In this document: positions 55,798 through 64,000 of the stretch, one piece after another
How the letters are laid out: the number at the start of each line of letters is the position of its first letter
How positions within the stretch are numbered: position 1 is the first letter of the stretch
Assembly: GCA_963847445.1 (NCBI GenBank)
Contig: CAWJZV010000011.1
Location: 64,001-128,000, forward strand
Direction of reading: 5' to 3'
DNA length: 64,000 nucleotides
Origin: an uncultured delta proteobacterium
GTDB lineage: Bacteria > Desulfobacterota > Binatia > UBA9968
Program-made: the position numbers and the translations under genes
The notes under the pieces: generated by a model
The model's input: only the letters and a program-made list of their open reading frames with translations
Databases searched by the model: none
Told to the model about the DNA's origin: nothing

Positions 55798-57213
55798 TGG
55801 CGGATGCGACTTTAGTTGAGCAAAAATTCGCCGAGCTGCTTGCGCTGGGAACGGCAAAAGCGGCGCGAGCAGATACTCGTCCTCGCGGCTGGCGTAGCCT
55901 TGGCTTTGGCGGTTCTGTTGTCGCCGCTGCACGTTCTTTTACCTTGGCGCGGGCTGCGCTGGATTGTTCCCTTTGTGTTGCTGACTGGATTGGCCCCGCT
56001 GTTTTTCTATTACCGGCACTGGCGCGGGGTCGATGCGACTCGGGCGCTAGTCGAACTCGACCGCAAGCTCGGCTTGGACGAGCGCGCGGTGACGGCGTGG
56101 GAGCTGGCTGGGCGCGGCGACCGGAGCGCCGCGGCGCAGCTGGTTTTCCACCAAACCGAATACCGCTTGCGCTCCGTCCAACCGCGTAGCCTGTTCCCTC
56201 GGCGGTTAGGCTGGCCGGCTTATACCGCTGTGCCGCTGTTGCTGGTCTGGTTCGCGCTGCTGTGGTTTGACTTCGATCAGCCGTTCTCTCAGCAGCCGTC
56301 GGCTGTGGCGCAAAGCTTGGCGCAGCAGCTGCGCGAGTTTGCCCGCGACTTTCAGGAAAAAGCTAAAGCCGAAGGGCTGCGCGAAAGTTTGCAGCTCGCC
56401 CAAGAGTTGGCAAAGGTCGCGGAGAAAAACCTCGCCGAGAAAGCCAACGACGAACAGCTCAAGAAAGATTTGGCCGGCGTGAAGCAAAAGCTCGACGCGA
56501 CGGGCAAGTCCGGTCAGCAAAACCAAGCGGTCGGCGGCGCCGAGAGCGAGCAAAGTCTCAAGGATTTAAGAGCCGAGCTCGAGGCGGCGCGCGACATGCT
56601 GAACCTTCCCGACGGCGTAAAGGCGCCGCAGCAGTGGATGGACCGATTAGCTTCAATGCCGCAGCTGCGCAAACAGCTCGACCGTGAGCGCCAACAGCGC
56701 GAAGATGGCAAGGGGCTGGGACAGCAAGCGTTGCAGTCGCTGCTCGATCGTCTCGATCAGCAGGTGGCCGGCGCCTTGGACCGGCGCGCGCTCATCGACG
56801 CGCAACAATTTCTCGAACAGATGATGCAACCAGGCCAAGGCAAGGAGAATAACCAGGCCGCGCAGATGGCCGGCCGCGGCGAGCGCGATGAAGCCGGCGA
56901 CGGCGAGCGCGAAAAAAATCACAGCAACCTGCCCGGCAAAGAACCGGGGAAAAACGACGACAATCTCAGATCGCTGCCGCAGTTTCGCGCCGACACGCGC
57001 ACTCAGATCAAAGGACAGTTGGGCGATGGCGAGAGCAGCGGTGTGGTGTTCAAAGGCAAGCCGACACCGGGGAAAAGCGAACTCGCGCCGCAAGCAGTGG
57101 TCGCCAACTACCGGCGCCAGGCGGAGCAGGAACTCAATTCGGAAAAGGTGCCGGCGGCGCTCAAAGAGACGGTGCGAAAATATTTTCTGTCGTTGGAGGA
57201 GAGTAAGAGATAG
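55794..57213 (+). CDS. Membrane-anchored coiled-coil protein of the MoxR operon (frameshift near 55840)
   Basis: LDRKLGLDERAVTAWE, Q/E-rich coil, C-terminal EKVPAALKETVRKYF. Confidence 0.7.
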
Positions 57214-57217
57214 GCGC

Positions 57218-57312
57218 GAGTATGGAAATGGAGTAATGGAGTGATGGAGTACTGGAGTGTTGCTTCCGGACCCATGACTGCACCACTCCAATACTCCATC
57301 ACTCCAATTCTC
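57218..57312. repeat. Inverted octamer tandem array hairpin (TGGAGTRN / NYACTCCA)
   Basis: tggagtaa tggagtga tggagtac tggagtgt ... ccactcca atactcca tcactcca. Confidence 0.88.
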
Positions 57313-57330
57313 AGCTGAGGAGAGCCGTTC

Positions 57331-58335
57331 ATGGAATCGCTTGTGGATATCGAACGACGCATCGACAGTGCGCGGCGCACTTTCGCCGATGTCAAGGCGG
57401 AGATCGCCCGGGTCATCGTCGGCCATGAGGAATTGATCGAGCAGGTGTTTGTCGCGCTGGTGTGCGGCGGCCATTGCCTGCTCGAAGGCGTGCCGGGGCT
57501 GGGCAAGACGCTGATGGTGCGCAGCTTGGGCGAGATTCTGAGCCTGAGTTTTTCGCGCATTCAGTTCACGCCCGATCTCATGCCGGCGGATATCACCGGC
57601 ACCAACATGCTGACCGACGATCCCTCGGGGCGAAAGCTTTTTGAGTTTCAGCGCGGTCCGGTGTTCGCCCATGTGGTGCTCGCCGACGAGATCAACCGGG
57701 CGACGCCGAAGACGCAGTCGGCGTTGCTCGAAGCGATGCAGGAGCAAGGCGTCACCGTCGGCGGCAAGCTGCACCGCTTGGAGAATCCTTTCATGGTCTT
57801 GGCGACGCAGAATCCCATCGAGATGGAAGGCACCTATCCGCTGCCCGAGGCGCAGGTGGACCGGTTCTTTTTCAAATTGATCCTGCAGTATCCCAGCCAT
57901 ACGGAGTTAACTCGCATCGCCGATCTGACCACGGCAGCGCCGCCGTCGCCGCTGCGGGAAATTCTCGACGCCGATGGGATTCTGCAATTGCGCCAGTGGG
58001 TGCGCGAAGTGCCGCTCGCCGATGTCGTCAAGGACTACGCGGTGCGCCTGATCATGAGTACCCATGCCCAACAGGAGAAAAACGGCGGTGAATCTTTGGC
58101 CCAGCGCTACGTCATGTACGGATCGAGCCCGCGCGGTTTACAAAGCGTCATTCTCGCCGCCAAGGCGCGGGCGCTGTTCGCCGGCCGGCCCAATGTCTCT
58201 TTCGAAGACATTCGCGCCATGTTGCTGCCGAGTTTGCGCCACCGCTTGATTCTCAACTTGGAAGCCGACGCCGACGGCGTCAGTTCGGAAAAAATCTTGG
58301 CTGAATTGATCACCCATGTGGCGGAAGTGGCGTGA
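57331..58335 (+). CDS. moxR: MoxR family AAA+ ATPase
   Basis: GVPGLGKT, RIQFTPDLMPAD, LADEINRATPKTQSALLEAM, ATQNPIE motifs. Confidence 0.95.
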   Translation: MESLVDIERRIDSARRTFADVKAEIARVIVGHEELIEQVFVALVCGGHCLLEGVPGLGKTLMVRSLGEILSLSFSRIQFTPDLMPADITGTNMLTDDPSGRKLFEFQRGPVFAHVVLADEINRATPKTQSALLEAMQEQGVTVGGKLHRLENPFMVLATQNPIEMEGTYPLPEAQVDRFFFKLILQYPSHTELTRIADLTTAAPPSPLREILDADGILQLRQWVREVPLADVVKDYAVRLIMSTHAQQEKNGGESLAQRYVMYGSSPRGLQSVILAAKARALFAGRPNVSFEDIRAMLLPSLRHRLILNLEADADGVSSEKILAELITHVAEVA

Positions 58336-58342
58336 CGGATAT

Positions 58343-58533
58343 GAGTTTCGAGTTTCGGGTTTCGAGTTTCGAGTCGGAGCGGCGGCGGGTTGCGCAGCGA
58401 TGTCGAGAGTCTTGCGCATGGCCAGGACGAAGATTTCTCGCTTCGCTCGAAATGACACGCGATGCAGGGCAGATTCCCGATCGGATTGCTGCCCAACCCG
58501 AAACGCTCGGACCGAAACTCGCAACCCGAAACT
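58343..58533. repeat. Inverted heptamer arrays (GAGTTTC / GAAACTC) enclosing a REP half-site
   Basis: gagtttc gagtttc gggtttc gagtttc; inner agatttctcgcttcgctcgaaatgac; right arm caacccgaaac...gaaactcgcaacccgaaact. Confidence 0.8.
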
Positions 58534-59403
58534 TTCTTCGACAGCGATTTCCTGCGCCGGCTCGAACGGCTTCATCTGATCGCCAAGCGGCTGAGCTGGG
58601 CGGGGGCGAAGGGCGAGCATGCGGTGTCGCGCAAAGGCTTTAGCCTGGAGTTTTCCGATTACCGGCGCTACCAGCGCGGCGACGATCTGCGCTACATCGA
58701 TTGGAATATTTACCGGCGTCTCGATCGCTTGCTGTTAAAAGTCTTCACCGCCGAGGAGGAGATGAATATTTATCTGCTGGTCGACACCAGCCGCTCCATG
58801 GCCGAAGGCAGCCCGGCGAAGCTCGACTACGCCAAGAAAGTCGCGGCGGCATTGGGCTATATCGGTCTGAAAAATCTCGACCGAGTCGGCGGCGCGGCGT
58901 TCTCGTCTATCTTGCACAAGCCGCTGACCTTGGGGCGCGGGCGCAAGCAGATCCTCAGCATGTTTAGTTTCCTCGCCAAGCTGTCCTGCACGGGCGAAAC
59001 CAATCTGCGCGGCGCGATTCATTCCTTCACCAAGCTATTCCCCCACGCCGGCTTGGTCATTGTCGTCAGCGATCTGTTCGATCCCAGCGGCTGGCGCGCC
59101 GCGCTGGAAGAGCTCTCCGGCAAGAACTATCAAGTCTTGCTGGTCCATATCGTCGACGAAGCCGAGTTGAAACCTAAAGCCTGGGGCGATGTCGCGCTGG
59201 TCGACGTTGAGGCCGGCAGCGAGCGCAAGTTCTTTCTCGACGCCGATTTGGTGCGCCGCTTCGAACAGGAGCTGGCGGATTATTTTAAAGAAATCGAAAC
59301 CATCTGTGCCAGCCGCAAGATCGACTATCTGCGCACGACCACTCAAGTGCCCTTCGACGAGTTCGTGCTCCAGACGCTGCGCCGGGTGAGCAGCGTGGCG
59401 TGA
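58462..59403 (+). CDS. DUF58 domain protein
   Basis: EFSDYRRYQRGDDLRYIDW, LVDTSRSM, VVSDLF motifs. Confidence 0.92.
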   Translation: MQGRFPIGLLPNPKRSDRNSQPETFFDSDFLRRLERLHLIAKRLSWAGAKGEHAVSRKGFSLEFSDYRRYQRGDDLRYIDWNIYRRLDRLLLKVFTAEEEMNIYLLVDTSRSMAEGSPAKLDYAKKVAAALGYIGLKNLDRVGGAAFSSILHKPLTLGRGRKQILSMFSFLAKLSCTGETNLRGAIHSFTKLFPHAGLVIVVSDLFDPSGWRAALEELSGKNYQVLLVHIVDEAELKPKAWGDVALVDVEAGSERKFFLDADLVRRFEQELADYFKEIETICASRKIDYLRTTTQVPFDEFVLQTLRRVSSVA

Positions 59404-59406
59404 CCT

Positions 59407-62400
59407 ATGCTTTGGGGATTGCCAGCCGCGCTGTTGTTGCTTGCCGGGGCGATCCCGCTGATCCTGTTTCTGCATAGCTTGAAACCGCGCGGCCTGAAGA
59501 TCGCCACCACGACGATGTTCATTTGGCAGCGGGTGCTGCGCGAGCGGCCGCTGGGCACGCGCTTGGGTTGGCTGCTGCGCAAAAACCTTTTGCTCATCCT
59601 TCAATTGCTCGCCGCCCTGGCGCTCATTGTCGCCCTCGCCGATCCGTCGCTGCTCCACATCGGCCAGCGCTCGGGCGACATGGTCGTCGTGCTCGATATA
59701 AGCGCGAGCATGAAGGCCACGGGCAAAAGCGGCAGCCGCATCGATGGCCTGCGCCGGGAATTCAATTCGCTCATCAATAGTCTCTCATCCGAACAAAAAA
59801 TGCTCGTCATCGGCGCCGGCGCCGAGCCGCGCCTGATGGCGCCGTTTACCGCCGACAAGCGGCGGCTGCGCGAGCTGGCGCGGACATTGTCGGCCACGGA
59901 TGGTCCGGGAAAAATTAAGGAAGCGATTCTGTTCGCTCATGGCTTTCTCAAGCGCGGCAGCGCCGACCATGTGACGGTGATCAGCGATGGCGCCTTCGCC
60001 GGCGCCGAGGAATTCACCACCGCCGCGCCCCATCTGCGTTTTGCCAAAGTTACCGGTGGCGGCGAAAATGTCGGCAATGTTGGCATCGTCGGCTTCGAAG
60101 TGCGCCGCCAACCCGAGCGCGGAGCGCCGGCGGAGATCCTGGTGCACGTGCGCAACTATACGGCCAAAGCGGTGCGCGTGCCGCTGGCGCTGTCCCTTGA
60201 CGATCGGCAAATCTTGCGCGCCGAGATCGACATCGGCGCCGACGACCGGCGCGTGCTGATTTATCCCTTCGACGGCCCACTGGCGGGAAGATTGGTGGCG
60301 CAAGTCGATTTCGCCGACGATTTCACCACCGACAACCGCGCTTATCTGGCAGTAACCGACACGCCGCCATTACGCGTGCTTTACGTCGGCCCCGGCAATC
60401 CTTATCTGAACAATTTATTTCGTTTCTTCGCTAACATTGAGCTGACTACGCTGCCGCGCTGGGATGATGGCGCGGCGCAGCTGCAGAGTAAGTTCGACGT
60501 GGTGATTGGCGATCGCGTCGCGCTGCCGGCGCTGACCCAAGGCAACTTTATTTTCATCGATACGCTGCCGGTGAAGTCGCCACTGGTGCGCCAAGCAGCA
60601 CTGGCCAACCCGCGGCTGTCGTGCCGTTGGCTAAGCACCCGCTCACCGAGGGACTCAACTTGGCCGACCTGCAAGTGCGCGAAGCCGCGCCGTTGCGTGA
60701 AAATGCCGCCGGTGTCGCGTTGGCGCGCATAACGCAAGGGCCGCTGCTCTACGCATTCGAAACCGCCAAGCTGCGGCTAGTCTATCTTGGCTTTGACTTG
60801 CTCCAGTCCGATCTGCCGTTGCGCGTGGCGTTTCCAGTTTTGTTTCACAATATCTTTGAGTGGTTTCAGCCCCAGCGTTCGGAGTTTCCCGGGCCAAAGC
60901 GCGCGAGCGGGCGCGCCGTTCAAGATCGGCGCGGGGCAAACCGACGCCGCGGTGGAAATCACCACGCCGAGCGGCAAAAAAGAAATGCTGGCGAGCGGCG
61001 GTTCGTTGGTGTTCGCCGATACCCTGGAGGCCGGTTTCTATGCATTCAAAGACCGCCAGCGCGAAGGCCAGTTCGCCGTGAATCTGCTCGATGAAGCGGA
61101 ATCGCAGATTGTCTCCGCGATTGAACCCCAGTGCGTCGACGGCAAAAACCGACACAGCGGCGTGGGTTGAGCGCGGCTGGTCTTTGTGGCCGATGCTGCT
61201 GGGCGCCGTTGTGCTTCTGCTCGGCGCGGAAATTCTCTTGGCTTATCGCCAGGGGCTGTCGATGTATCCGCTACTGATGCGCGCCGGGGCGCTGGCGGCG
61301 CTCGCTGTGGCGCTGGTCAATCCGCGCTGGTTTCAGCCGACCGCGGCTCTGGATGTGATTTTCGGCGTCGATCTGTCGCGCAGCGTCGGTCAAGAGGGAC
61401 AGGAAAAAGCGCGGGCGGTTCTGGAGTTTGCCGCCGGCCTGAAAAAAACCGCGACGCGCACCGGGCTGATGACTTTTGGCGGCGCGCCGGAGTGGGAGTT
61501 TCCGCCGCGCGAAGTGATTCCACCGGCGGAGTTCTCGACCCACCAGGACCGCGAACAAAGCGATATCCAAGCCGCCCTGCAAGGCGCGGCGGCGCAGATC
61601 GGCGAAGGGCGGCAGGGGAGAATATTGCTCTTTTCCGACGGCAACGAGAACCGCGGCGAGACCGCCCGGGTGCTGCCGCTGTTGCGCAGCCAAGGCGTGC
61701 AGGTGTGGACGCTGCCGGTGGGCTTGTCGCGCGGCCGCAATGAGATTTATCTGGCCGATCTGACTTTGCCGCGCCAAGTCGACAGCGCCGAGAGCTTCGA
61801 GATTCGCGGCGCGATTGAGAGCCTGCGCGAAGCGCCGGCGCGGCTGCGCTTGCTGCGCGACGGCGTGCTTTCCGCCGAGCGGGAGCTGCGTTTGAGCGCC
61901 GGCAGCAATAACGTTTCCTTCCGCGATACGCTTAGCGAGCGCGGTAATCACCGTTACGAGCTCTTGGTCGAGTCGGCGGACGACACGCTGGCGGAAAATA
62001 ATCTGCTCCAAGGCGTCGTCGAAGTGAAAGGGCCGCCGCGGGTGCTGTTGCTGTCGGCGCAGAAAGACAGCCAACGAGTCCTTTCTCGAGTCTTGCAAGT
62101 ACAAGGCTATGCCGTGGTCGAGGCGGCGCCCGAGGCCCATTCCGTTTCGCTTGCCGAGCTCGCTGCATTCGATTTATTGGTCCTCGACAACGTGCCGGCA
62201 TTTCAACTGACCCACGCGAAGATGGAGAATATCGAAAAATACGTGCGCGACTTTGGCGGCGGATTACTGGTCGTCGGCGGCTCGCAAAGCTATGGCGCCG
62301 GCGGTTATTACCGCACACCGCTGGAGCGCATCTTGCCGGTCGACATGCGACCGCCGGCGAAAGTAGAAATGCCTCATGTCGCGCTGCTGTTCGTCATCGA

Positions 62401-63761
62401 TAAATCCGGCAGCATGGGCTCGGGTGGCGAAGGCAGCACCAAGCTCGATCTCGCCAAGGCCGCGGCTATCGCCGCCGCCGATATCATGAACCCGACGGAT
62501 CAGGTGGGCATTCTCGCCTTCGACGCCAATTGGGACTGGGCGCTGCCGTTTCGCCAAGTGGGCAAGGGCGAGTGGATCACCGAGAAGCTGGCGAATTTGC
62601 AATCCGACGGCGGGACAGATTTGTATAAAGCGATGCTCGAAGCCCATCGCGGCATCGCCGGCAAGACGGCGTCGATCAAACATGTGATCGCGCTCTCCGA
62701 CGGTCTCACCGACAAGGCGGACTTTCAGGCGCTGGTGGCCAAGATGGCGCGCGACGGCATTACTGTTTCGACGGTGTCCATCGGCAGCGACGCCGACGTG
62801 AAGCTGATGGCGGAGATCGCCAAAGAGGGCAAGGGGCGCGGCTATGTCGCCCTCGATCCGCAGACGATCCCGCAGATCTTTACCACCGAGACGCTGTTGA
62901 TCTCGCGCGATCTGTTAATTGAAAAACCGGTGGCGCCGACCATCGTCGCCGCCACCGGCGCGCTCAAAGGCATTCCGCAAAATAATTTACCGGCTCTGCG
63001 CGGCTACGTGCTCACCTACCCCAAGCCGCGCGCCGAGTTGCTCATGCGTGTCGACAAAGACCCGCTTTTGGTGTCCTGGCGCTACGGACTCGGCCGGGTG
63101 ATGGCGTTCACCTCCGACTTGAGCGGGCGCTGGGGCAAAGATTGGGTCGGCTGGAGCGCCTTTCCCCAGTGGGCCAGTCAGATCGGCCGCGACACCATGC
63201 GCAAAGTTCTTGACGGCAAAATGCGCGTCGATTTTCACGGCGACGGCGACGCGGTGAAAGTGGTCGGCGATTTAGTCGCCCAAGACGGCAAGTTTTTGAA
63301 TTATTTAAAACTCAAGGCGACCATCGCCGCGCCCAATCAAACGAGCCGGGAGCAGCCGCTGCAGCAAAGCGCGCCGGGGCGCTACGAGGGCAAGTTTACT
63401 CCGGCGCAGCGGGGTATCTATTTCATCACGGTTTACGCCGAGGGCAAAGCCGGCGCGGCGCCATTGCCGGTGGCCACGGTGCCGTACATCGCGCCCTATC
63501 CCAAAGAATACCGCGAGCTGAAGCCCAACTTGGCGTTGCTCAGCCGACTCGCCGAGGAGACCGGCGGCGAGATGCTCGACGCAGAAAAATTTCACGACGG
63601 TCTAAAGCGTCTCTACGCGCCGACGCCGGGGAAAAGTTCTCAAGGGGCAAGAGACCTGGTGGCCGTTGGCGAGCGCCGGGCTGCTGCTGTTTCTCGCCGA
63701 CCTGGTGCTGCGCAGTTGGCCGCGCAAGGCCGTCGTGACTGAAGTCGTGGCGGGTGGGTAG
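59407..63761 (+). CDS. BatA/VWA multidomain membrane protein, probably one fused frameshifted gene
   Basis: BatA N-terminus; MIDAS motifs DISASM, DLSRSV, DKSGSM; GATase-like domain; frameshifts near 60620, 60895, 61115 and 63645. Confidence 0.7.
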
Positions 63762-63777
63762 AATCGATCAGAATCCC

Positions 63778-64000
63778 GACACCCCATATGGCGCCGTTGT
63801 TTGTCGCCCAGGATAAGCGATTCTACGAGAAGTACGGCCGTGATGTGCAGTTGATTCTGGTCAACAGCGGTTCTCTGGTGGCGCAGATGTTTCAAGCCGG
63901 GGAGATTCAGATCACCGCCAACGCGCCGGCGTCGTTGGTCAGCCTCGCCGCCACCGGCGAGAAGATGAGATTCGTCGGCATCAAAGCCGAGAGATCGTCG
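63778..64000 (+). pseudogene. Fragment of an NMT1/THI5-like ABC substrate-binding protein
   Basis: PHMAPLFVAQDKRFYEKYGRDVQLILVNSGS...AGEIQI; no signal peptide; truncated by the window. Confidence 0.55.

Noticed and set aside
56653-57900. Long antisense ORFs (also 34322-35539, 46772-47728, 31855-32610)
   Set aside because: Shadow frames of GC-rich genes on the opposite strand with no recognisable motifs.

Overview
GC-rich bacterial chromosomal segment. Gene content (futalosine-type mqnL/mqnP, Cys-rich porin, many TPR/GT-C membrane proteins, NMT1-like SBP remnants) suggests an uncultured deltaproteobacterium-like lineage such as Binatia (inference). Many genes, including essential ligA, carry single-base frameshifts, consistent with uncorrected long-read indels. 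Housekeeping genes: bamD, ubiD/ubiA, sodC, amgK-murU, split nadE, rsmI, acylphosphatase, ligA, opp/dpp ABC genes, greA, and a MoxR-DUF58-VWA operon. There is also an 11 kb GT-C/TPR glycosylation cluster. Three things are missed by the ORF track. (1) A family of elements made of inverted arrays of 6-8 nt tandem repeats sits at stop/start junctions inside operons; two enclose a four-helix-bundle gene, four are empty hairpins and one is a lone arm, each with a different repeat unit. (2) A 74-aa glutaredoxin-like selenoprotein has two in-frame UGA codons, each followed by a SECIS-like hairpin. (3) A patch of mobile debris contains a group II intron 3' end, a Phd/RelE-like TA pair and a RAYT transposase stub.
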